This document shows positions 23,448 to 30,312 of a DNA stretch of 30,312 bases, piece after piece. The notes beneath the pieces are model-generated. The model did no database searches, had not been told where the DNA came from, and saw only the letters and a program-made list of their open reading frames with translations. Numbering within the stretch: position 1 is the first letter of the stretch; each line of letters opens with the position of its first letter. Origin of the DNA: a virus (lineage: Duplodnaviria; Caudoviricetes); the IMG/VR virus record IMGVR_UViG_3300022725_000052, positions 1 through 30,312 of that record; one strand, written 5' to 3'. Made by a program: the position numbers and the translations under genes.

Positions 23448-24188
23448 CTACGGCGTGTGTCGCCGAAGGATGATCGTCTTCACGTCACCGCCGAGCAGCA
23501 TCGAGGCGACGGCGTTGCGGCTGATGTTCCAGCTCTTGTTGAGGTCCGGCGTGAGCTGCCAGCCCTGGAACTCGACGATGTCGCCGCCCTCGGTCGTGCA
23601 GACCACGTAGACCGACGCGTTGGTGACGGTCTTGATGAGGTCCGAGTTGACGGCCGCCCGGTAGGGATCGGTCGCCGTGCCCGTGCCGTCGAGTGCGCTC
23701 TGCGGGATCCCGAACGCGCGGGCGAACAGGTTCGAGGACCACTCGATCGACGGCCACGTGATCGCCTGCGTGATGCGGACGGTCTTGCGTACCAGTGTCT
23801 TCGGGCTCGTCGCCGCGCCTGCCTCGAAGATGTCCTCGCTAACGGCGAAGTCGACGCCCGACTCCTCGACGTGGCCCGCATCGATCTTGACGACCTCGAC
23901 CACGGGCACGCCGGACGGCTGGTCGAACTCCAGCCCCTGGTCGATCGTGATTTGGCCGGTGGTCGCGCTGGCCACGACGGCAATCTCCATCGTGTCGCCC
24001 GTCCCGATGCGGATCAGGTCGCCGTCCTGCGCCCCACCTTCGGCCGTCACGCTGATCGCAGTGTCGCCGCGTGTGTGGGCCGCGTCGGTCGTGGTGCTCG
24101 GGTCGGGCGAGGCCGCGTCCTGGATGAACCCGACCTCGTCGACCTGAGTGATGAGGTCCGCGGAGGACTTCTGGATGGTCTCTGGCAT
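23448..24188 (-). CDS. major tail (tube) protein
   Basis: DAGHVEESGVDFAVSEDI...ITWPSIEWSSNLFARAFG pattern; synteny; GGGAG RBS. Confidence 0.75.
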   Translation of the reverse strand: MPETIQKSSADLITQVDEVGFIQDAASPDPSTTTDAAHTRGDTAISVTAEGGAQDGDLIRIGTGDTMEIAVVASATTGQITIDQGLEFDQPSGVPVVEVVKIDAGHVEESGVDFAVSEDIFEAGAATSPKTLVRKTVRITQAITWPSIEWSSNLFARAFGIPQSALDGTGTATDPYRAAVNSDLIKTVTNASVYVVCTTEGGDIVEFQGWQLTPDLNKSWNISRNAVASMLLGGDVKTIILRRHTP

Positions 24189-24213
24189 GGTCTATCTCCC
24201 TGTTCTGTCGTGC

Positions 24214-24624
24214 TCAGACCGTGAGGTTGAGCGTGTATGTAGCGATCACCCGGTAGCCGTCAGGCCCACCAGACTCCTCGGGCGCCCGGACGCCGGGGAT
24301 CACCTGTATGTCGAGTCCTTGCGCGTCGAACGCGCTCCACGTCGTGATGAGCTCCAGCCGGTCGAGGATCTGCCACGCGAGCTTCTGCGACTCGCGCGTG
24401 GCGCGGACCTCGGGGCGTGCCGTGAGGCTGCGCGTGTACGGTGTCCGTCCCGTTGGGGCGGAAAGAGGCACGGGCAGCGCGAGCACGGGGAGCGAGGCGT
24501 CGCCCGCATCGCCCCACGAGCGCATCGGGTCGGCGCGGCCCGTGAGCGCGACCAGGGATCCGGCCCCGGTATCGGCTGCACATATCGCCAGCCACGCGGC
24601 CGCAACGTCCGCTTCGTTCGCCAT
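24214..24624 (-). CDS. tail terminator-like protein
   Basis: 136 aa immediately upstream of tail tube; C-terminal YRVIATYTL. Confidence 0.65.
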   Translation of the reverse strand: MANEADVAAAWLAICAADTGAGSLVALTGRADPMRSWGDAGDASLPVLALPVPLSAPTGRTPYTRSLTARPEVRATRESQKLAWQILDRLELITTWSAFDAQGLDIQVIPGVRAPEESGGPDGYRVIATYTLNLTV

Positions 24625-25047
24625 TCACCGCATCGCCCTTCGGAACGCGTCGTTCATGTCTTTCTCGGCCTCGGCAAGCGCGACGGTCGCGTGCGGGCGC
24701 GGCTCGATCCGGCCCGGCACCCCAAACTCCAGGTGCCGCGCGTAGGCGAGCCCGGAGCCGACGCGTGCGGACGGGTCCACCGGATTCGGCAGGCCCTCGA
24801 CGTCGATCGAGTTCGCGAGCACGCCGGTATCCGTAGCGGGCGGCTCGCCGGGGGCCGACGCTCTGTGCGACACGCCGCCGCGCCGGTACAGGCGACCCGT
24901 GCCCGGCCGCCGGAGCACGTCGTTCGCCCACCGGTTCCGAAGTACCAGCGCCGCCGACAGGACGCCCTTCCGGGCCTTCTGGCGCACCTCCAGCCGGTCC
25001 ATGAGCTGGACGGGTCCGAGCCGGAGCGTCCTGGCGCCCCGGATCAC
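24625..25047 (-). CDS. HK97 gp10-like neck / tail completion protein
   Basis: HRASAPGEPPATDTGVLANSI, YARHLEFG, PRP; GTGA start at 25047. Confidence 0.85.
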   Translation of the reverse strand: MIRGARTLRLGPVQLMDRLEVRQKARKGVLSAALVLRNRWANDVLRRPGTGRLYRRGGVSHRASAPGEPPATDTGVLANSIDVEGLPNPVDPSARVGSGLAYARHLEFGVPGRIEPRPHATVALAEAEKDMNDAFRRAMR

Positions 25048-25277
25048 CGGACACCTGCCGGGGTGCGAATGTCGGCCGTACCGCAAGCCGAGCAGCCGAT
25101 ACGCATGAACACGCCGTCCTCGACCGTCGCACGATGCTCGCGCGGGTGGTCGCAGTCGGCGGGGTCGACGAAGGCTTCCGCCATGAGCTGCGCCTCCTCC
25201 ATCTCGCGCCGATCCTCGCGCACCATCCGCGCGATGCCTTCGAGCGCGTCGGCGATCCGCTTCAGGTGGTCCGTCAT
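25044..25277 (-). CDS. small zinc-binding hypothetical protein
   Basis: CDH...CSACG; ATGA/GTGA overlaps. Confidence 0.6.
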   Translation of the reverse strand: MTDHLKRIADALEGIARMVREDRREMEEAQLMAEAFVDPADCDHPREHRATVEDGVFMRIGCSACGTADIRTPAGVR

Positions 25278-25642
25278 GCGAGCGGGTCCAGCGTTGCGGC
25301 GAGATCGAAGCGCCGGGCGAGCGCGACCTCGAAATGGTCCCCGTGGGCGGGGTTCACGTGGACGATCTCCCACGTCACGTTCGCGTAGTTCCCGGTCGTC
25401 GCGCCGACGTATTCACCGGCCTGAAGGTCCGCGCCCGTATCCGCGAAACCGATTTCCGTCGTCTGCTCGCGCTTGCCTTCGGGCACCCAGCGCAATTCGC
25501 CGCGTGCGGCGTCGATCCGCATGTCGACGTCCCGGATCGCTGGCGTGGCCGTCGAGGTCAATTCCCCGGCACCGGCGGCCGCGTAGGCCGGGCGGTTGAC
25601 CTTGCAGGGCGTGTCGAGCAGCGCGACGAGTTCGGGGATCAC
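25274..25642 (-). CDS. head closure (stopper) protein
   Basis: 122 aa beta-rich, ADLQAGEYV...WEIVHV...HFEV; GTGA start. Confidence 0.7.
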   Translation of the reverse strand: MIPELVALLDTPCKVNRPAYAAAGAGELTSTATPAIRDVDMRIDAARGELRWVPEGKREQTTEIGFADTGADLQAGEYVGATTGNYANVTWEIVHVNPAHGDHFEVALARRFDLAATLDPLA

Positions 25643-26319
25643 GACTGCCTCCGGTACTTGCGGAGCCGGGCCAGCGCGCGGACGGGGAGCGCGTATTCGA
25701 GCGCGGCCGCCGTGACGGTCGAGGTTCCGCCGCCGTCTCCGTAGCTGAACGCCGTGTCGCCGATGCGGACGCTCTTGAGGTTCCCCGTGGCCGCGGACAG
25801 CGCGCCCGTGCCCGACTTGCCGCCGTACCACGCGATCACGGTTTCGAAGGCCGCCTGTTCGATTGAGGCGGGCAGGTCGCGGCCCACTTCTCCCGGCACG
25901 AGCCAGCCCGCGACGTACTCGACCGATACGTTCTTCTTCGGCGAACCCGCCACCGGGTGGTAGTCGACCGGCAGGCCGCGTAGCGGATGCCACGGCCAGA
26001 GCGCGTTCCGCTCCAGTATCCCAGCATCCGCGAGGATCGTGTAGTCGGTGACGAGCAGGCCGTTCACCGTGACGCTCGTGACCGACTGGATGGGCATCTG
26101 CGACAGCAGCAGTTCGTGCGTCCGTTCGCCCGCGACCTTTTCCGTGTACGTCTGGCGCCACGGGAAGTAGCCCAGGTACCCGGCGATCGTCTCGGACGCC
26201 GCGTCGATCAGGCGGCCGAGTTCATCGTCGGCCGATGAATCGGCGATCCCGAGCTTCGACTTGACGGTCGCAAGCTCGACGAGGTCTGTTTCCGACGCTG
26301 CGGTCTCAATCGTCAGCAT
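25639..26319 (-). CDS. head-tail connector (gp6-like adaptor)
   Basis: LVELATVKSKLGI...DDELGRLIDAAS, VEYVAGW, LPASIEQA, LRKYRR. Confidence 0.85.
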   Translation of the reverse strand: MLTIETAASETDLVELATVKSKLGIADSSADDELGRLIDAASETIAGYLGYFPWRQTYTEKVAGERTHELLLSQMPIQSVTSVTVNGLLVTDYTILADAGILERNALWPWHPLRGLPVDYHPVAGSPKKNVSVEYVAGWLVPGEVGRDLPASIEQAAFETVIAWYGGKSGTGALSAATGNLKSVRIGDTAFSYGDGGGTSTVTAAALEYALPVRALARLRKYRRQS

Positions 26320-26452
26320 CTGACTTTTCCTCGGCGTCCTCGCGGCGGATCATCCGGTCGGACCCGATGGGCGGGCGGCCCTCACGCTGACGACGCAAGC
26401 GTTCCCGCCTGCGCTCGCGCAGCGCCTCCCGGTCCCGCTCCTCGGTCTTCAC
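26306..26452 (-). CDS. small charged hypothetical protein (48 aa)
   Basis: Manual translation MKTEERDREALRERRRERLRRQREG...DRMIRRED; GTGA overlap; fills the gap. Confidence 0.5.
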   Translation of the reverse strand: MKTEERDREALRERRRERLRRQREGRPPIGSDRMIRREDAEEKSDADD

Positions 26453-26781
26453 CCCTTCAGCTCCTCCAGCCGTGCGTCGATCGCGTCCAGCGCCGTTGTC
26501 CTGCCGCCCTCGTATCGCGGATGCCGGGCCTCGCTGTCCCGCAGCGCCCGGAGGACCGCTTCGTCCTCGGTATCCGCGACGAGGCCACGGACATCCGCGA
26601 CTGTCATGTCATGCGTGGAGACGTCGGGCTCGTCGTCGTCGTGCCCGTTCGGGGGCGGATCGACCCACACGGCGCGGCCCCTGTCGACGAAGTAGCGGGC
26701 CTCCTCCAGCGGGAATCCCGCCACGTCGCCCCGCCAGTATTTCCCGCCCGCGTGGCGGGTGAACCGTATCCGGTGGATCAT
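26449..26781 (-). CDS. small head-associated protein with C-terminal helical module
   Basis: MTVADVR...E......GRTTALDAIDARL pattern typical of genes after the capsid. Confidence 0.65.
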   Translation of the reverse strand: MIHRIRFTRHAGGKYWRGDVAGFPLEEARYFVDRGRAVWVDPPPNGHDDDEPDVSTHDMTVADVRGLVADTEDEAVLRALRDSEARHPRYEGGRTTALDAIDARLEELKG

Positions 26782-26863
26782 CGCCTCTGTCTCCCGTAGA
26801 TCGAGCGGGCGCGGGACCAGCAGCTATGTACCGGCCCCTACGCCGCGCTCATTGCCCGGCCCC

Positions 26864-27319
26864 TCAGGCGGCCGGCAACTCGCTTGCGCCGCCGAGCACG
26901 TAGACGAGCGAGGCCCGCCACGTGTCCGTATCCGCCGCCGAAGCGTTGACCGTGAACTGGCCGCGGATGAACCCGAGGTGCGCCGAGTTGTGCAGGTTGA
27001 GCGGAATCTCGACGATCGCGCTTTCGGTCGACCCGCCCGACCCGCCCGTCAGCACTACCGCCGTCGCTGCGGTCCCGAAGTCGGTGCCCGTGCCCGCGCC
27101 ATCCGCGTCCGTCTGGGCGTTCATGTTGATCGTCGCGGTCTCGCTTTCCGCGAGCGTCGCCTCGACCGCCAGCACGAGCACGCACGTCTCGTAGCCCGCC
27201 GTGTTCACGTAGGCGCCGTTCTGTTCGACGTTGTCCGGGGTCGTGCCCGCGACGGCGTTTGCCGCCGCGCCGAATACGGTCTTGAACAGTTCGTCGAAGT
27301 TCCTCTGTCGTGCCGTCAT
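26864..27319 (-). CDS. putative capsid decoration / cement protein
   Basis: NGAYVNTAGYE...FIRGQFT...VLGGA; directly after MCP; GGAGG RBS. Confidence 0.65.
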   Translation of the reverse strand: MTARQRNFDELFKTVFGAAANAVAGTTPDNVEQNGAYVNTAGYETCVLVLAVEATLAESETATINMNAQTDADGAGTGTDFGTAATAVVLTGGSGGSTESAIVEIPLNLHNSAHLGFIRGQFTVNASAADTDTWRASLVYVLGGASELPAA

Positions 27320-27352
27320 CTTCGTAGCCTCCGTCTCTCTCTATTGGGTGGC

Positions 27353-27379
27353 GCCGGGCAGGGTCATTGCCTGCCCGGC
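27353..27379 (-). other. GC-rich hairpin after major capsid gene
   Basis: GCCGGGCAGG-7nt-CCTGCCCGGC perfect 10-bp stem, no U-tract. Confidence 0.55.
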
Positions 27380-27397
27380 TCCTGCGTCAGTTCCGGG

Positions 27398-28687
27398 TTA
27401 CGCGCCCCAGACGACGGCGGTGCGAACCGCGATCGCTTCGGCGTGGCGGGCCACCAGGTCGGTCTCGAGGATCGCCCGGATCACCGTCTGGTCCTTCGAG
27501 AAGCCGGCCTGCACGTTCGAGCCGTCGTGGTAGGCGGCCCCGTCGAGCGCTGTCAGTTCGACTTCCAGCGAGTCGGCCACGACCACGTTGGCGAAGGCCG
27601 CGAAGATCACTTCGGTCTCGTCGTTGTCTCCGTCGCCCGAGGCGTCGAGGTTGCGCGGGATCTGGCTCGTGACGCGGAACGGGAAGCCGAACAGCGTGCC
27701 GCCGTCCATCTCGTCCTTGAACACGAGGTTGCCGTTGCCGTCGCGGACGGTGTAGAGGTACTGCCACGTACGCGGCTCGATGATGTAGCCGGAGTTGTCG
27801 GCGAACAGGTCGACGTTCGCGTCCATCAGGGCCTGCATCAGGGAGCCGAAGTCCTTCGTCACGTTCGCCAGCGTGACGGACGCCGGGACCGAACCCGCCG
27901 CCGATGCCGCGACGTTCGCCGCGAGCGCCCAGTTGCGGAGCCCCTTCGGGCTCGCGCTCGTCCCGTCGCCCCGGATGAACGCCGAGTCCTCGGCGACGCG
28001 GAGCGAGCGGAGCAGGTGACGCCGGATCGACTCCTCGACGCGCGGCCCGCCGTAGCGGAGCAGCTTGTTCGAGACGGGCACGATCGCCGCGAGCGGCTTG
28101 GCCGTCGCGATCACGTTCCCGGTGTTCGCCTGCGTGGCGTTGGCGTTCTCGCCTTCCCCGATCCACGTTGCCGTCGGGGCCGACGTGATCTTGTCGAATA
28201 CGAGCGTCCCGGTCGGGTTGGGCTGGATGTCCGGCCCGAGCGACCGAACGACGGTCAGCGGCTGAAGCGCGTCGATCAGCTCGTCCGCATGCGTCTCGCG
28301 GACCATCGAGCCGCCCTGGTCGAAGTCGTCGGCCTGCATGGCTTTCGCCGAGCCCGACAGCATGCGGGTGACGCTGTCCTCCGCGCCCCACAGGCTCCGT
28401 GCGTGCTGGGCTGCCGTCCCGCCCATCGCCTTCGCCCTCGCGACGGCCAGCGCCGCGCGTGCCGCGCCGATGCCCGGCTTCTTGTCGCGCTCGTCGTGGC
28501 TCGGTACGGCCCCGCCGAACGGGTTCGTGAACATCCCGTCGCCGTTGGCCCGCGCTTCGGCGAGCTTGCGGATTTGCTCCTCGGCGATCTCGCCGGCGAT
28601 CTCCTCGCCGACCTCGCGCAAAAGCGCCTTCAGCTTGGCCGCGTACTCCGGGGAAACGTCCGGTGCGGTGGTCTTCTCGGTCTCCAT
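27398..28687 (-). CDS. major capsid protein, HK97 fold
   Basis: WIGEG, AIVPVSNKLL, EDSAFIRGDG....PKGL, DGNGN, LFGFPFRVTSQIP, FSKDQTVIRAI. Confidence 0.95.
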   Translation of the reverse strand: METEKTTAPDVSPEYAAKLKALLREVGEEIAGEIAEEQIRKLAEARANGDGMFTNPFGGAVPSHDERDKKPGIGAARAALAVARAKAMGGTAAQHARSLWGAEDSVTRMLSGSAKAMQADDFDQGGSMVRETHADELIDALQPLTVVRSLGPDIQPNPTGTLVFDKITSAPTATWIGEGENANATQANTGNVIATAKPLAAIVPVSNKLLRYGGPRVEESIRRHLLRSLRVAEDSAFIRGDGTSASPKGLRNWALAANVAASAAGSVPASVTLANVTKDFGSLMQALMDANVDLFADNSGYIIEPRTWQYLYTVRDGNGNLVFKDEMDGGTLFGFPFRVTSQIPRNLDASGDGDNDETEVIFAAFANVVVADSLEVELTALDGAAYHDGSNVQAGFSKDQTVIRAILETDLVARHAEAIAVRTAVVWGA

Positions 28688-28715
28688 CAGATTCTCTCCT
28701 TCGGGTATCCGCGCC

Positions 28716-29816
28716 TTAGCCGGGTAGCCGGCCGCGCTTGCGATTGATCGCTTCCCGGACGGCCGGCACCATGTGCTCGCGCATCAGCGCGACGACGGTT
28801 TCGGGGTCCGGGGGTTGTTCGGTCTTCGGACTGCGAGTGCCGAGCATGACGTCGATGTCGCGTTCGAGGTCGAACTCGCGCTCGATTTCGTCGAGCCGCT
28901 TCTCGTCGGCGCCTGCGGGGGGATCGGTCGGGGGGTCGGGATCGGGGGTCTTCCCGGTGGCGAGCGCGGCGACTTCGGCCTTCAGGGCCTCGACCTGTTC
29001 GGTGAGCGCGGCGAACGACGCGCGCATCAGCGTCTCGCCCTGTTCGGCGGTCAGCTTCTCCGGCTCCTCGATCTCGACGCCCTTCGCGTCGACCTGTTCG
29101 GGGCCGTGGCCGTCCGCGCCGAAGTCGAGGATCAGCGCCTTGTGGCCGTCCTCCAGCGCCCAGTAGGCGCGTTCGAGGTGCGAGCGCGAGAACCGGAGCC
29201 GTGCGTGGTCCTCGTCCGTCCATTCGTCGAGGGTCTTTTCCGCCCAGCGCACGACCTCGTCCGTCGCGTAGCCCTTCGCCTTCGCCTCGATCAGCGCCTC
29301 GGGGTTGGCAGGCACGGGGACGATCGAGAACTCAAGCAGCTCCTGCGACTTGAAGTCGAAGCCGGGGCCGAACGGCCCTTCGCGGTCCTCGTCCTCGGAG
29401 CGTTCCCACGCGCGCGGCAGGAACCCGACTGACGTGGCCTTGAGGAACCCGCCATGCACGAGGCGGCGCACCTGGTCGTTGAACGGCACCTCGCCCTCGG
29501 GCGTGAACTCGACGGCGGCCCGTAGCTTCTTGCCGTCCAGCGAGATGTCCGGGGAATTGCCCACGGGGAGCAACGTGTGCATGTGCGCCCACAGGACGAC
29601 GGGGTTCTTCTTGTAGGGCCCGAGATCCCAGCCCTTCGGGTCGATCGTGTCGCCTTCGCGGTCGACCGCGCCCGTCGAGATCGTGAACTCGGTGAGGCCG
29701 TCCGCCTTGATCGCTACGGCGTCGGCCGTGAACCCCTTGTAGAGCGTCTCCTCGCGGGGCGTCTCGCCCCGGATGACGCTGTCCTTGAACCGCTTCAGTA
29801 CCGGCGTCTCGTCCAC
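28716..29816 (-). CDS. HK97-family prohead protease with C-terminal extension
   Basis: DREGDTI...NPVVLWAH, SVGF, ELLEFSIVPVPANPEA; GGGAGG RBS before GTG 29816. Confidence 0.92.
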   Translation of the reverse strand: MDETPVLKRFKDSVIRGETPREETLYKGFTADAVAIKADGLTEFTISTGAVDREGDTIDPKGWDLGPYKKNPVVLWAHMHTLLPVGNSPDISLDGKKLRAAVEFTPEGEVPFNDQVRRLVHGGFLKATSVGFLPRAWERSEDEDREGPFGPGFDFKSQELLEFSIVPVPANPEALIEAKAKGYATDEVVRWAEKTLDEWTDEDHARLRFSRSHLERAYWALEDGHKALILDFGADGHGPEQVDAKGVEIEEPEKLTAEQGETLMRASFAALTEQVEALKAEVAALATGKTPDPDPPTDPPAGADEKRLDEIEREFDLERDIDVMLGTRSPKTEQPPDPETVVALMREHMVPAVREAINRKRGRLPG

Positions 29817-29838
29817 CGCTTGCCCTCCCGTAGGTGGC

Positions 29839-29883
29839 AAAGAAAAAAGCCCCGAGCCGCGATCAGTGATCGCAGTTCGGGGC
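29839..29883 (-). terminator. intrinsic terminator upstream of head genes
   Basis: GCCCCGAACTGCGATC-ACT-GATCGCGGCTCGGGGC followed by TTTTTTCTTT. Confidence 0.8.
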
Positions 29884-29965
29884 CTCGATGTCGGTCCGTC
29901 TACCCGTGTCCGGTTGCCCGGCTATGTCAGGCGGCGCCCGTTAGTGCCGGGGGCCACCGTTAGGA

Positions 29966-29994
29966 ATAATGAACATTTCGTGGCGGATAGTCAA
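29966..29994 (-). promoter_or_regulatory. putative late promoter
   Basis: TTGACT, 17 bp, CATTAT in an AT-rich patch. Confidence 0.55.
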
Positions 29995-30025
29995 CAGCGT
30001 GCCTGGTGGCAGGGGCGGGGGAGTC

Positions 30026-30310
30026 TCATTCGGCCGCCTCTCCCGTGTCACCGAATGCGCGGAGGGTGAGGGGTGCGAGGCGGAGGGGCTGTAGTTTCAT
30101 GGGGCGGCAGAATAGATCCGGCGGCTTCGGCGACGACTCGCCGCCGCCGATGTTCTCGGCCTCCAGCGCCTCGATGCGGACCTGCGAGACATTGGCGGCA
30201 GGCTGGTTTCCGTCTGCCTCGGACAGCAGGGCCGACGCACGTATTTGCGAGACGCGCGCAGGGACCTGCGCGACGAGAGTTAGCGTGTCGGCAGTGTGGC
30301 CGTGCGTGGC
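30026..30310 (-). CDS. C-terminal part of unknown (possibly virion) protein, 5'-truncated
   Basis: Manual translation ...HGHTADTLTLVAQVPARVSQIRASAL...ANVSQVRIEAL...GDTGEAAE*. Confidence 0.55.
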   Translation of the reverse strand, partial: ATHGHTADTLTLVAQVPARVSQIRASALLSEADGNQPAANVSQVRIEALEAENIGGGESSPKPPDLFCRPMKLQPLRLAPLTLRAFGDTGEAAE

Positions 30311-30312
30311 CG

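Noticed and set aside
10268-27319. C-terminal Ala-Ala ends as ssrA-like degrons (amidase, 75-aa holin-like, decoration protein)
   Set aside because: Plausibly explained by Ala-rich high-GC coding and, for the amidase, the GCATGA stop/start overlap
1835-28747. Long plus-strand ORFs (e.g. 1835..3325, 4103..5323, 7289..8596, 18331..19371, 24148..25599, 26759..28747)
   Set aside because: Antisense shadows of well-supported minus-strand genes; Arg/Pro/Gly-rich with no motifs, as expected at high GC
29991-30029. 12-aa ORF MRLPRPCHQARC as a leader peptide
   Set aside because: It lies upstream of the predicted promoter, is very short, and has no supporting signal beyond an ATGA overlap

Overview
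High-GC fragment of a temperate long-tailed (siphovirus-like) phage. Every gene except the repressor is on the minus strand. From right to left: a promoter/leader/terminator, HK97-type prohead protease and major capsid, head-tail joining genes, tail tube, chaperone, 1104-aa tape measure, Dit, Tal, a 994-aa receptor-binding protein, and a membrane-rich lysis cassette with a T7-lysozyme-like amidase. These are followed by a convergent XRE repressor, then an early operon (membrane proteins, YqaJ, RecT, Cro-like HTH, Xis, tyrosine integrase), an intact attP carrying the 3' half of a tRNA-Ser(UGA), and a replication initiator with internal iterons. The intact attP implies the excised or virion form. 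Three observations stand out. (1) attP lies inside the early operon between int and the replication initiator, so integration would cut the initiator off from its promoter, while downstream genes carry an exact duplicate of the early promoter/operator. (2) Two exported lysis-region proteins are dense in D-(S/T)-hydrophobic O-glycosylation-type motifs, and no lipoprotein o-spanin is visible. (3) A structured leader and terminator precede the head genes. All protein calls come from motif recognition and synteny by eye; no searches were run.
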